DNA of 64,000 nt from an uncultured bacterium (GCA_963727525.1 CAVSGO010000007.1:1664001-1728000), one strand, 5' to 3'. Counted from the first letter of the stretch, positions 10,542 through 22,396 are shown. The notes: generated from the letters alone by a model not told the origin. Made by a program: numbers and translations.

Positions 10542-10659
10542 CAAGATTCCATTCGGCGGGGCGGGCCGGATTCGTCCGGGCGCCGCGTTTCCGGTCAGGA
10601 GTGCCAAGAACGTGCGAAAGATAGTCGAAGGCCTCGCCTCTCACAATCATCGTGGATCC

Positions 10660-11832
10660 ATGATGCTCCTGGTGGGCCTCGGAGCCCTCGTCATCGCGAC
10701 CGGGGGATGCGGCGGCTCGGGGTCGGAGGTCCCGAGCCAGACTGGCGTGCACACCGCGAGTGGTTGTCCCGCCAACGTCACGACCACCGGCAGCGACGCC
10801 TTCGTCGCCGCAGCCGACCGCGCGGCGGCCGGGGACGTCATGTCGCCGGACGACCTGCAGGCGCTCGTCGAGCGGCCGGTGTGGACGCTGTGGCGCCGCA
10901 GCTACGAGCCGGAGATCGCTTCGCCCGAGGCCGCGGCTCTGACGGTCTTCGCCGGCCTGCGCGGCCTGCAAGCCCTGTCGCCCGCACAAACCGTGAAGGT
11001 AACCCGGCGCGACCTGATGTCGTGCTATGCGTTCGACATGCAGAAACGGGTGGCGATCACGAAATTCCTCACCGCCTACGTCCGCGACGACGCGAGCTGC
11101 GCCGTCTGGTCGCTGATGCGGCAATGGATCCAGCCGACCAATCTGCCGGACACCCTGCGCATCGACTTCTTGCCGATGAAGGCCGAGATCCGCCGCTACG
11201 AGGGGCACTTCCTCGTCGACCCCGGTCTGGCTATCGTCAGCGGCCGCGATCAACTCACCCACATGCTCACCTCGGTACTCTACCGCGCCGTCGAGGCTGT
11301 CCCCGGTCCTCGCGGCGACGCCGTCGAAGGCCCCGACGCCGTGGCTCAGACATTCCGTGTGCTACGCAACGAGGGCGTGGCCGCTTACATCGACGATCTG
11401 CCCCACCTCTTCTTCGGACGCGAGCATCCCTTGCTTCGCAACGCCGCGCCCGTGCCCGAGGACATCTGTGATCAGGCCACCCGGTCGCTCGTCTATGTCG
11501 ACGACGCCCTCGCGCACATCCTCGCCGCGGACGAGCCGGCGCCGGACTATCGGCCCGTATTCCGCTACTTCATCGGGGCCCAGAGCTGGCAGCCGACAGG
11601 GTGGTTCATGGCGGCAGTGATCCGTGACCGCCAGAACGAGGCTCGGCTCCAGCAGGCAAGCCGGACGGTGGCGGATTTCGTGGACGCGTACCAGACCGCG
11701 GCCCTGGCGGAGTCGCCGAGCCCTCCGGCTCCGCACGGCACGGCCGCGTACACCGTGCAGCACGCCCCGGCGTTCGCTCCCGACGTCTACGTCTTCATCC
11801 GGAGCACGCTCCGCGCCGATTTGCCGAACTGA
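10660..11832 (+). CDS. Putative lipoprotein, possibly DUF5700/zincin-like
   Basis: Lipobox TGGC; NEGVAAYID segment; GW-MA...I segment near the C-terminus; no intact HExxH. Confidence 0.55.
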   Translation: MMLLVGLGALVIATGGCGGSGSEVPSQTGVHTASGCPANVTTTGSDAFVAAADRAAAGDVMSPDDLQALVERPVWTLWRRSYEPEIASPEAAALTVFAGLRGLQALSPAQTVKVTRRDLMSCYAFDMQKRVAITKFLTAYVRDDASCAVWSLMRQWIQPTNLPDTLRIDFLPMKAEIRRYEGHFLVDPGLAIVSGRDQLTHMLTSVLYRAVEAVPGPRGDAVEGPDAVAQTFRVLRNEGVAAYIDDLPHLFFGREHPLLRNAAPVPEDICDQATRSLVYVDDALAHILAADEPAPDYRPVFRYFIGAQSWQPTGWFMAAVIRDRQNEARLQQASRTVADFVDAYQTAALAESPSPPAPHGTAAYTVQHAPAFAPDVYVFIRSTLRADLPN

Positions 11833-11834
11833 GG

Positions 11835-12010
11835 CCACCTTATTCATGCTATCGCGTAGCGAGGCGAGTGGAACGGTCTCTGTGAGCGGGATCTCGCAGG
11901 GTTTGTGAGGGAGCCGTACCCGCTGGGGTACGGTGACCGAAGCAAACTCGAGAAAGCCCGCTCACAGAGACTGTTACGCCGCCGCAGTCGCGATAGCATG
12001 AATAAGGTGG
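11835..12010. repeat. 176-bp nested palindromic element (MITE/RPE-like)
   Basis: Perfect 22-bp terminal inverted repeat CCACCTTATTCATGCTATCGCG (11835-11856/11989-12010); 19-bp inner stem (11872-11890/11957-11975, one G-T); central CCGTACCC...GGGTACGG hairpin. Confidence 0.85.
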
Positions 12011-12035
12011 GCTGAGGCGGAATGCGACAGGCTCG

Positions 12036-12974
12036 TCAGTCAGCGCCCTCGTCCACGGTGAGGCGGTTGCGCCCAGCTTCCTTGCTCGCGTAGAGGTAGC
12101 GATCGGCGCGATCGACCACGCTTCCGCGCGTGTCGCCCTGACGCATGAACGTGGCGCCTATCGAGATCGTCACGGAAAGCCGCGATCGCTCCGTGTCCAG
12201 GAACGACGATGCCACGAGCGATCGGATCCGGTCGGCGATCGCCACCACCTCCGCGCGAGAAACGTGGCGCAGCGCCGCGATGAACTCGTCGCCACCCCAG
12301 CGTCCCACGAGGTCGAATGGACGCAGATTGTGGCCGAGCGTGCCCGCCACCATCGTGAGAACGCGGTCGCCGACCTCGTGCCCCCAGGCGTCGTTGATGC
12401 ACTTGAAAGCGTCGATATCCACCAGCAGCACGGCGAAGCCGGTCTGGTAGCGCTGGGCCTCGTCGAGCAGGCGATCGAGCGTGGATTGCGCGTGACGCCG
12501 GTTTGCCAGTCCGGTGAGCGGGTCCACGAGGGCCATCTCCTCCAGCTCGGTGATGCGCGCCTGCATGTCCGAGACGCCGTCGAGAGCCTCGAAGACCTCC
12601 AGACCGCCCACCACATCGCCATCCCGATTGCGCAACGGCGAGCAGCGCACGCGCACCGGAAGACGGTGGCCATCGCGGTGGTGGAGAAAGATCTCGTCCT
12701 GGCGCGAATTCCCCTCGATCATCGTGAACGAGAGGGGACACTGCCCCTGGCAGAGGTCCTGGCCGCACGCGCTCACGTGGCAGAGCAAGCCGTCGAAGCA
12801 CGGGCGCCCGACCACCTCAGCGCTGGCATATCCGGTCAATCGTTCCGCTGCCGGATTCCAGTAGAGGATGCGGCGATCCCGGTCGACGATATACACCGCA
12901 TCGAACATCTGATCGAGTAACGGCGCGTAAACCGCGAAATCGAATTCTTCCTCGGGTTTCATAGAAGTTTCCAT
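12036..12974 (-). CDS. PAS-GGDEF diguanylate cyclase
   Basis: WNPAAERLTGY PAS; DPLTGLANRR, DIDAFKCIND, RPFD I-site, RWGGDEF. Confidence 0.93.
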   Translation of the reverse strand: METSMKPEEEFDFAVYAPLLDQMFDAVYIVDRDRRILYWNPAAERLTGYASAEVVGRPCFDGLLCHVSACGQDLCQGQCPLSFTMIEGNSRQDEIFLHHRDGHRLPVRVRCSPLRNRDGDVVGGLEVFEALDGVSDMQARITELEEMALVDPLTGLANRRHAQSTLDRLLDEAQRYQTGFAVLLVDIDAFKCINDAWGHEVGDRVLTMVAGTLGHNLRPFDLVGRWGGDEFIAALRHVSRAEVVAIADRIRSLVASSFLDTERSRLSVTISIGATFMRQGDTRGSVVDRADRYLYASKEAGRNRLTVDEGAD

Positions 12975-13027
12975 TTCGCCTACCTGTGCGCGGCGCGGCA
13001 GGCGCCGCGCACAGGCTGGACCGCGGA

Positions 13028-14773
<1,746 letters not shown>

Positions 14774-14968
14774 GGTCTCGTCTCCCGGCGGGTTGGGGGC
14801 ACATGATTCGCTCCAATGTGATGCAGGCCGACGCGGGCGTCAACGGCTTGTGCCCATGAATACCCCTTTCAACGCACCTGGAGCGCAGACTTCGGGACAT
14901 CGCTGGGACCGTGGGAGCCGCGCTCGAACGTCGGTGATGATCGGGAAAAGATAGTCCGGCCAGGCAGA

Positions 14969-15045
14969 TGGCGGGAGCGACGAGATTCGAACTCGCGACC
15001 TCCGGCTTGACAGGCCGGCGTTCTAACCAGCTGAACTACGCCCCC
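14969..15045 (-). tRNA. tRNA-Asp(GTC)
   Basis: GGGGGCGTAGTTCAGCTGGTTAGAACGCCGGCCT-GTC-AAGCCGG...GTTCGAATC...CGCTCCCGCCA, 77 nt, encoded CCA. Confidence 0.97.
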
Positions 15046-15067
15046 GCCAGGTTCGTAGCGAGCGGAG

Positions 15068-15096
15068 AATATAGCCCGGGGCCCCGATCCTGTCAA
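15068..15096 (-). promoter_or_regulatory. sigma70 promoter of tRNA-Asp
   Basis: TTGACA-N17-TATATT; the -35 box contains the stop codon of the upstream GH3 gene. Confidence 0.75.
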
Positions 15097-16508
15097 ACGC
15101 CCTCGCGGGGTGCAGTCATCCCCGGAATCGCCGCGAAATCCTCCCTGGCGACGTCTGCGAGGGCCTGGAGCGTCCAGCCCCGGCCCAGATGGTGCGATAG
15201 CGCCGGCGCCAGGCTGGGATGTCCGGCCGCCAGAGCCACGCCCGTGCGGTCGGCCCCCCGTGCCAGCCAGGCCGGCACCGTGGCGGCCAGGGGACGGTGC
15301 GAGGTGACCAGCAGCCGCGAGATCGACGGCGGCTCGACCGGGAGCGCGCCGATCTCGAGGCGGGTGACGCTGGCGAATCGCCCGCCCAACCACTCGGCGG
15401 CCGCGGCGGCCGCGCCCCAGCGATCGCCTTCGGTCCCGTCGAGCCAGAGTACCGGGGTGTCGAGCGCCGCGAAGTCGATGCCGGCCGCGGCCCGGCGCCG
15501 GACCTCGCCATAGGCCTCGGCACCTGCCACCGCCGTCGGCGGCGGCATCACGGCGGGCAGACCCGGGCCCCGCTCCCCGTCAACCAACGGGAGCGCGCCC
15601 CAGGGAATGCCGCGCACGAGCAGGCGGTCGCAGTCCGCAGCGGCCACCGCCGCGAGCCACGCCCGCGAAAGATCTCCCGGATCCACGAGTCCCGACGCAC
15701 GGCCGTCGGGCGAGGGAACACCCTGCCGCGCAAGTGCGCCGCGCAGTCCCCCCATCGTGATGTCGTCGGCGAACAGCAGCAGGCCGGGCCGGTCGGTGAA
15801 CTCCCGGCGCAGATCCGCGAGCGCCGCGCCATCGAGCGTGAGCGGATCGCCGCCCCCGACGCCGGCGAGGTGACCGATCATGAGAGCGTCGGCGCCGGCG
15901 TCGAGGCCGGCGCGGAAAGGTCGCGACGGCGCCTCGCGTCCCACCAACGTGGCCGCCTCGTGAGAATCGGTCGCGCTGCCGCCGTGGCCCGGCCAGTGCT
16001 TGAGGCAACAGGCCGCACCGCCCTCGCGCAGTCCTACGACGGCGGCCTGCACGTGGGCGGCCACGCGCTGCGGGTCCGCACCGAAGGCGCGGCTGCCGAT
16101 CACCAGGTTGTTCGGCTCCAGCAGCACGTCGGCGCAGGGTGCGAGCACGCGATCCACGCCGACGCCGCGCAGACGCTGGCCCGTCGCGGCATGCACGCGC
16201 CGGGTGAGCGCGAGATCATCGAGATCGCCGAGCGTGCGCGCGGCGGGAGGCCGCCCCACGGCCGCGGCGAGCACGCTCACTGGACCGCCCTCGTGATCGG
16301 CCATGATCTCGCCATCCACGCCGAGGCACGCGTGGACCTCGCGACACAGGTCAGCAAGCTGACCGGGATCGACGCAGTTGCGGGAGAAGAGGATGACGCC
16401 GGCCGGCTCATAGACGCGCAACCAGCGCGCCTCGGCCGGGTGGAGTCGCGGTCCCGCGAGGCCGACGACGAGGCGCCCGACCCAGGCCGGCGCGCCGCTC
16501 GCGGTCAC
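15093..16508 (-). CDS. nagZ: GH3 beta-N-acetylhexosaminidase (NagZ-like)
   Basis: GVILFSRN, DHEGG, KHWPGHGG...DSH, DDITMG; GTGA overlap with the upstream gene. Confidence 0.8.
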   Translation of the reverse strand: MTASGAPAWVGRLVVGLAGPRLHPAEARWLRVYEPAGVILFSRNCVDPGQLADLCREVHACLGVDGEIMADHEGGPVSVLAAAVGRPPAARTLGDLDDLALTRRVHAATGQRLRGVGVDRVLAPCADVLLEPNNLVIGSRAFGADPQRVAAHVQAAVVGLREGGAACCLKHWPGHGGSATDSHEAATLVGREAPSRPFRAGLDAGADALMIGHLAGVGGGDPLTLDGAALADLRREFTDRPGLLLFADDITMGGLRGALARQGVPSPDGRASGLVDPGDLSRAWLAAVAAADCDRLLVRGIPWGALPLVDGERGPGLPAVMPPPTAVAGAEAYGEVRRRAAAGIDFAALDTPVLWLDGTEGDRWGAAAAAAEWLGGRFASVTRLEIGALPVEPPSISRLLVTSHRPLAATVPAWLARGADRTGVALAAGHPSLAPALSHHLGRGWTLQALADVAREDFAAIPGMTAPREGV

Positions 16509-17887
16509 GGCAAGGCCTCCGACGAGAATCGTTGCAGCGTGGCACCGGGATAGTAGTGGGCGAGGATCGCGCGCATGTCCTGGCCGGCCGCCGCTCGGGC
16601 CAGCGCTCCGTTCTGGCACATGCCCACGCCGTGGCCGTACCCGCGCCCGTGCACCGCGACCGCGCGCGGCAAACCGGCCGCGTCGCGCGTCACCTCGAGA
16701 TCGAAGAGGGCGCTGCGCAGGATCGTCGGATGGCCGGACGCCGGCGTCAGCACCCAGCGCACGCGGTCGCCACGCACATGGTAGGTGCCCGCCGTGGTGA
16801 CGATGTCGAGGCAGGCGATGCGGCCGCTCGCCGTCCTCTCCACGATGCGCAGGTCACGCAGAGAACCCGGTGACTGGGCGCCGGGACTTCGGGGCACGGG
16901 CGTGAACACGTTGCCTGCCCAGGTCGCGCGATCTGGGCGTTCCATATACGCCACGTAGTCGGGCAGGGTGGACTGCAGGATCCGATCGAGCTGGACGGCC
17001 GTCCAGGACTCGGTCCATGCGGCGTGCGCCCCCGTGGCGCAGAACGGACGCCCATCGGGCCCCGGGCCATCGTCGCTCACCGCGAAGCAGGCATCGCCAG
17101 GCCGTGACCACACGCCATCGGGCACCGCGCTGCGCCCCCCGCAAGAAGCGTGGAAGTAGGCCGGGATCGGCGCGTCGTCCTCCATCAGGACCAGGCCGGC
17201 CGAGCGCGCCACGGCCACGGTGGCGAGGGAATCCTCCCCCGCGACACCCTGGTACACCTGATCGCGCACATCGCCATAGAGATCGAAGCCGCGCGTCACG
17301 CGCGTCCCCAGGTGGGATACGGCGTAGGTGCGGGCAGCCACGGCCTGCGCTTCCACGGCCGCGAGCCGGCTGCGATCAGGCCGGCCGATCTCCGCGGGCA
17401 CCACGCCCAGCAGATACGCCTCCAGGTCCACCTCGTCTACCAGGGTCACGCCATCGGCGCCTGGTGTGGGCAACGCGGCGAATGTGCCGCGCCAGGCGCG
17501 GCCGTTCCAGCGCAACGGTGGCGATGATGAGATCGGCACGAGCACGAGCAGCATGGTCTGCCCACCGTTCCTGCCGCAGGCCCAGCGGACGTTGAGGCCG
17601 CTACGCCGGACGGTGACGTCTTGCCCCGCCGCGACCGTGAGTACGAGCTTGCGGGTCGCGCCGGTGCGCAGCTCGCACGGGGCGGGGGCGGTTACGGTCA
17701 CGAGGTCGCTGCCCTCGACGAGCCCCACGCGTACGATGACGCCCGCGGCTGTGACGGCCGCGGGCGTCGCATCGGTCTCCACCGCCGGCGCGGTCACGCG
17801 CTTCGGCGCACACCCGGCCAGCGTGCCGGCGAGCGCCAGCATGACGCCACCCGCAAAGCCCAGCATGCGCCGGCGGGCACGCCTCAC
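16505..17887 (-). CDS. SpoIID/LytB-domain lipoprotein (lytic transglycosylase)
   Basis: LEAYLLGVVPAEI, AQAVAARTYA, DQVYQG, GRGYGHGVGMCQNGA, ILAHYYPG; lipobox LAGC. Confidence 0.92.
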   Translation of the reverse strand: MRRARRRMLGFAGGVMLALAGTLAGCAPKRVTAPAVETDATPAAVTAAGVIVRVGLVEGSDLVTVTAPAPCELRTGATRKLVLTVAAGQDVTVRRSGLNVRWACGRNGGQTMLLVLVPISSSPPLRWNGRAWRGTFAALPTPGADGVTLVDEVDLEAYLLGVVPAEIGRPDRSRLAAVEAQAVAARTYAVSHLGTRVTRGFDLYGDVRDQVYQGVAGEDSLATVAVARSAGLVLMEDDAPIPAYFHASCGGRSAVPDGVWSRPGDACFAVSDDGPGPDGRPFCATGAHAAWTESWTAVQLDRILQSTLPDYVAYMERPDRATWAGNVFTPVPRSPGAQSPGSLRDLRIVERTASGRIACLDIVTTAGTYHVRGDRVRWVLTPASGHPTILRSALFDLEVTRDAAGLPRAVAVHGRGYGHGVGMCQNGALARAAAGQDMRAILAHYYPGATLQRFSSEALP

Positions 17888-20800
17888 CGCATGACCACCA
17901 GCCGCTGCATGTCGCTGCGGGCGTTGCCGGCCGCACCATCCACCTGCACCCGGTACAGATATACGCCATTGGCCAGTCGATCACCCTCGCTGTCGCGCCC
18001 ATCCCACGGCACCACGACCTCGGCCCCCGCGCCCACCGGGAACGCCAAATCCACGATCTGGCGGCCGGCCACGGTGTACACCAGCAGCCGACCCTGGCCG
18101 CCACCCAGGTTGGTGCGGAACAGGATACTGGTCGTATCGCGCATCGGATTCGGATAGTTGATCAGCTCCCCGATCGTGACCTCGCCGCCGGTGCCCTCGC
18201 CGGCCTCGAGTACATAGCTCGTGGCGTAGCCATCGATCGTCACGACCACGCTGCGGGGCGGCGCATGCCCCGCGATCGCGTCGGCCGTGAACGACAGGTT
18301 CACGTCCGTACTCTTGGCGATCTGCACCTGCACGTCGCTGAGCACGAGTCCGTCGCCCGTCACCGAGATCTGGCTCTGGTCCGTGAGGTTGGCCGCCGTC
18401 GTCAGCGTGGCATTGATGGCGACGGGCGTCAGAGGCGCAAAGATGAACGTCGCCGGATCGATCACGTCGCCGCTCGCCACGCTCATGAACTCCGCCGTCT
18501 GCGGCACGTGGAAGGTGTAGATCACGTGATCGTCGGTGGGCAGCCGATCGGCCGTGTCGCGCACGTGCACGAAGATGTCGTGCTCGAACGGCCGCACGGG
18601 CAGCGTCAGCTCGTATTGCACGATCTGCCGGTTCGGCACGTCGGGGCTCGTCTGCTGCACCACCGAGCCGGTGAGATCGGCGCCCGTGGAGTCGAGCACC
18701 TGCACACCCGCGATGCCTGCCTCGTCCCGCGCCTCGAGTGTCACGGTGCGGGTGTTCGAGGCATCGGTGGCCACCAGCTCGGTCTCCAGTTCGAGGTGCT
18801 CGCCGCCCAGCGTCGCCTCCACGTACGGCGCCCCGCAGTCGAGCACCATGAGCGGATCACCCAGCAGCGTGTACTGCGAGACCATGGCGCGATATGTGAA
18901 GCTGTTCACGCTCGCCAGCGCATCGGCCTCCGACGCCCACATCAGCTCGCCCAGCACCCAGCGAGACGCCGCCGGCTCGCCATGCACGCTCACCGTCGGC
19001 GGCCGGATCATCCACCGGTTGAGCGTCCACTCGCTGAACTCCTCGTTCGGCCCCAGGTACTCGTAACCCGAGCTCCCGTAGGCGGCATAGGCCCCCGCCG
19101 CCGTGAAACCGAGGAACTTCTCGCAAAGGGAACCCTGAATCGGCGTGTCCGACACTTCCTCATCGACGGCCTGGGCGAAGTCCGCGAGGTGGCAGCCCAT
19201 CCCGAAGTACATCCACGGCTTGCCGAAATTGGTGAGATCGCCCACGTCCGTACGCGAGGCATCGCCGCGGCGATCGTCCTTGAACCAGTTCTCGTGCGCC
19301 ATGAGGAACATGTTGCCGTGGCCCTGGTAGTGCGCGATCAGGCCGCCCGCGCTGAGCGACGTCTTCAGCGGCACGACCGCGGACTGTTCGCAGTGACGAA
19401 TCCCTGCCGACCACAAGTAGTCACCGTTGTCCCAGGGCACCGGGTAGAGGTCTTGCATGAACGCACGCAGCATGAGCGTGTCGGCGACGAGCGGTACCAT
19501 ACCGCCGTTGTTGCGCCAGTAATTCGCCAGGCTGTCGCGCTCGCTGATCTCGAACTGCAGCTCGTTGGGCTGGTAAGACTCCCGGAACCCCGAGTCGCCG
19601 TAGTTGCCGAGCGAGAAGCAGTCGTCGGCGAAGAACAGCGCCCGCTTCTTCCACGTCTCGCCGGCCACGTTCGCTTCGGCCTGGAAGGTCTTGTCGATCA
19701 TGGTGTTGAGCTGCGTGACCGAGTCGCAGGGGAACCGGCCCACATAGAGCTCGAACGGCGTCGTCACACCCGACGGGAAGTTGGCATCGGTGGCGTTCGG
19801 GTAGGCGTACCATTTATCGGACGCGAGCACCTCCGGCTTGTAGAGAACGCCGGCGTCCTGCACGTGATGATGGGTCGGCACGTAGTCGGTCGCATAGGGA
19901 CGCCCAGCCGCGGTCACGCCCAGCTCCCGGGCATTCTCGTTGGCGTCGCCGATCAGCATCATCGCGTACGTGAGCCAGCGCGGACTTTCCAGAGCGTGGT
20001 TCGCCAGCCGCTTGATCGCCCACGCGTTCTTGAGGCCGCCGCTGTACCAGTCGTAGACGTCCTGCGGTGCAACGACCTGGATGGTCAGCCCCTCGACGCC
20101 GGCCCGTTCTTCCCGGTGATCGATCCAGCGCTGGGCTGCCTCGCGGAACTTCGGATGGACGACCACCACGAGGCCGGCCGTGCTCTCCGCGAGCTGGGTG
20201 GGGATCACCGGGTCGGTCACCGCCACCGCCGTGCTATAGCTGATGTCCGCGACACCGCCGGCGTCGGTGCCGGTCACGGCGTAATATTTACGCCGGCCGC
20301 TAGTCTGATCGATCTGTATTGACAGCCGCGTCTGACTTCCATCGGCCACGAGATTGCTGCGGGTGAGGCTGATCTCCGCGGGCTGGCGGGGTTCGGTCAC
20401 GTCCAGGAGCGTGATGGCATCGGTCGCAAATCCGGTCACCTCCACATCATTCACGGCCGCCGGTTCGCCACCATCGAAGAGCAGACGACCACCGGGTGCG
20501 ACGTAGGCCGCATCGTATGCGAGTTCCACATATGCCAGGTACGCCGACAGGGATCCCGATGGATTCCGGGTGATGCGCAGCTTGAGCGACGTCTCGCTCA
20601 GGGCAGCCGGCGGTATCGCCATCGTCACGGGCGTCACGTAGTTGGACGTCGCCGTGTAGCTGGGCAAAGCGTAGTCCGTGGACGCGCCTCGCAGCATGAA
20701 ATCCAGTACCCGATCCGACGTCGCGTACGTGGCCACGCCGGACGTGAGCGTGGCGCCGGTCTGCCCCGCGATCGGAGACCACAGATTCATCGTCACGTCG

Positions 20801-22260
20801 ACCAGATCGGCGACGTTCGTGTTGTAGTAGCCACGCACGGTCGTGATGGACGGAACGAATTCGCGATAGGCCTGTGCTTCCTGGAGATGATCCGTGCGGC
20901 GGTACGAGGCCAGGGGATTGCCGCCCGACGGCGGCAGGCTGGTCGTCGCCATGCGGGCCCAGGATCCGCCCGCATCCGGATCGGCGAGCTGGAGCCAGTA
21001 GACGTTGAAGTTGTTGCTCGCCTCGAGAGGGTCGCCGCAGTCGGCGAGCGGGTAGGTCGTGCCGCCGACGGTGTAGTTGAAGGCGCCGTCGTCGCGCAAG
21101 CGCAGCCCCCAGAACAGGAAGTAGTCGTCGTTCTCGAAAGCGCCGCCGTCGCCCACCATGAGGATGGGCACCTCCACCTCCACGTAGGGCGCCGCCGTGT
21201 CGCTGGCCGGGTCGTCGAGGTCGGCCACGTAGCGGCGCTGGTACAGCCGGACCTGGCTCTCCTGGATCGGGTCGCTGGGCAACAGGCCACTGCTGCGCAT
21301 GTCGCTCGCCCGCACGCGGTAGAGCTGCGTGCGCGGCACCGGCAGGCGCACCTCGGGATAGCCCAGGGGCGTGCCCTTCGCGCCGCCGCGCAGGGCCTTC
21401 AGGCCGCTCGGCACGTCGCCGGCCCTCGCCCCGGCGCCGCGAGCCGCCGCTTCCGTGGGCCACGACGCGAGTTGCCCGCCGTTGAGGAACATGTAGGAAA
21501 ACCGGTCGTCGCCGCGCGTGGTGAGCTTGCGCTTCGCCGCGTCGGGCAACGCGGCCTTTGCCACAGCGGGATCGGGCTCGAAGCGGACGCGCCAGGTGCC
21601 ACCGGTCAACACGCGCGTGGCGTGCCCGGACGCGTCCACCTGGACCGGCTGGATCACGTAGGACACCACGCGATGGCCGCGCCACCAGCCGATCTCGCCG
21701 AGACTCACGGCGGCGCCGCTGGCGGGCGCGGTCTTGGCGGCCGCCTCCAGATCCGCGCGCACCGTCGCCGGCAGTGTGTCCACATCGATCGCCTTGCCCG
21801 GGCCGGGCAGCTCCTCGCTCGCGAAAACGTCCTCGGAGTCGGGATCGCCCTCGAGCCGCGGGATCGGTTCCAGCGCCAGTGCGTGGGCCGGAGCCGGCGT
21901 CCACGATTCCTGCACCGCCTCGAGCCGGGGCGTCGTACCAGGCGGCAGCACGAGCCAACCCCCGCGCCGGGGCGTCTTCTCCTCGCCCGGCAAGCCCGCG
22001 TCCATGAAGCCCGCCAGGCCGGCCGCCCAGCCGGGCTGGCCATCCCGCGCGGGTCCGGCCGGATGCCAGATCGCCGCGGGAAGCGTCAGGCTGAACTGCA
22101 CGGCGTCACGCGTGCTCACACCCACCGCGGGATCACCCGTGGGGCCGGCGATGGCAACAGCAGCGGCGACGGCGATGAGGGTCAGAAAGGCGCTGCGGAA
22201 AGCTAGACCGATCCACAGCCGCGTCGGGTTGGGGCGGACGGGCATGATCGCGTGCTCCAT
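17884..22260 (-). CDS. Large secreted C25 (gingipain/PorU-like) cysteine peptidase with FlgD-Ig/T9SS-type C-terminal domain
   Basis: LIGDA, SDKWY, VGRFP, HYQGHG (His) and GMGCH (Cys), QYTLLGDP; tail NYPNPM...WDGRDSEGDRLANGVYLYRV. Confidence 0.85.
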   Translation of the reverse strand: MEHAIMPVRPNPTRLWIGLAFRSAFLTLIAVAAAVAIAGPTGDPAVGVSTRDAVQFSLTLPAAIWHPAGPARDGQPGWAAGLAGFMDAGLPGEEKTPRRGGWLVLPPGTTPRLEAVQESWTPAPAHALALEPIPRLEGDPDSEDVFASEELPGPGKAIDVDTLPATVRADLEAAAKTAPASGAAVSLGEIGWWRGHRVVSYVIQPVQVDASGHATRVLTGGTWRVRFEPDPAVAKAALPDAAKRKLTTRGDDRFSYMFLNGGQLASWPTEAAARGAGARAGDVPSGLKALRGGAKGTPLGYPEVRLPVPRTQLYRVRASDMRSSGLLPSDPIQESQVRLYQRRYVADLDDPASDTAAPYVEVEVPILMVGDGGAFENDDYFLFWGLRLRDDGAFNYTVGGTTYPLADCGDPLEASNNFNVYWLQLADPDAGGSWARMATTSLPPSGGNPLASYRRTDHLQEAQAYREFVPSITTVRGYYNTNVADLVDVTMNLWSPIAGQTGATLTSGVATYATSDRVLDFMLRGASTDYALPSYTATSNYVTPVTMAIPPAALSETSLKLRITRNPSGSLSAYLAYVELAYDAAYVAPGGRLLFDGGEPAAVNDVEVTGFATDAITLLDVTEPRQPAEISLTRSNLVADGSQTRLSIQIDQTSGRRKYYAVTGTDAGGVADISYSTAVAVTDPVIPTQLAESTAGLVVVVHPKFREAAQRWIDHREERAGVEGLTIQVVAPQDVYDWYSGGLKNAWAIKRLANHALESPRWLTYAMMLIGDANENARELGVTAAGRPYATDYVPTHHHVQDAGVLYKPEVLASDKWYAYPNATDANFPSGVTTPFELYVGRFPCDSVTQLNTMIDKTFQAEANVAGETWKKRALFFADDCFSLGNYGDSGFRESYQPNELQFEISERDSLANYWRNNGGMVPLVADTLMLRAFMQDLYPVPWDNGDYLWSAGIRHCEQSAVVPLKTSLSAGGLIAHYQGHGNMFLMAHENWFKDDRRGDASRTDVGDLTNFGKPWMYFGMGCHLADFAQAVDEEVSDTPIQGSLCEKFLGFTAAGAYAAYGSSGYEYLGPNEEFSEWTLNRWMIRPPTVSVHGEPAASRWVLGELMWASEADALASVNSFTYRAMVSQYTLLGDPLMVLDCGAPYVEATLGGEHLELETELVATDASNTRTVTLEARDEAGIAGVQVLDSTGADLTGSVVQQTSPDVPNRQIVQYELTLPVRPFEHDIFVHVRDTADRLPTDDHVIYTFHVPQTAEFMSVASGDVIDPATFIFAPLTPVAINATLTTAANLTDQSQISVTGDGLVLSDVQVQIAKSTDVNLSFTADAIAGHAPPRSVVVTIDGYATSYVLEAGEGTGGEVTIGELINYPNPMRDTTSILFRTNLGGGQGRLLVYTVAGRQIVDLAFPVGAGAEVVVPWDGRDSEGDRLANGVYLYRVQVDGAAGNARSDMQRLVVMR

Positions 22261-22313
22261 TCCAGGGGCGGTACGGTCGACCAGGGGTGGGAACGAGTCG
22301 TAACCTGGCCTTC

Positions 22314-22342
22314 ATTATACCCATGGCCCGGCCCGTGGTCAA
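22314..22342 (-). promoter_or_regulatory. sigma70 promoter of the C25 peptidase operon
   Basis: TTGACC-N17-TATAAT. Confidence 0.8.
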
Positions 22343-22366
22343 ATTCCCGCGACGGGCACCAGAGGC

Positions 22367-22396
22367 AAAAAAAAGGCGGGGCCGTGGCCCCGCCTT
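22367..22396 (-). terminator. Rho-independent terminator
   Basis: GGCGGGGCC/GGCCCCGCC stem followed by T8 on the minus strand, just after the stop at 22414. Confidence 0.88.
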
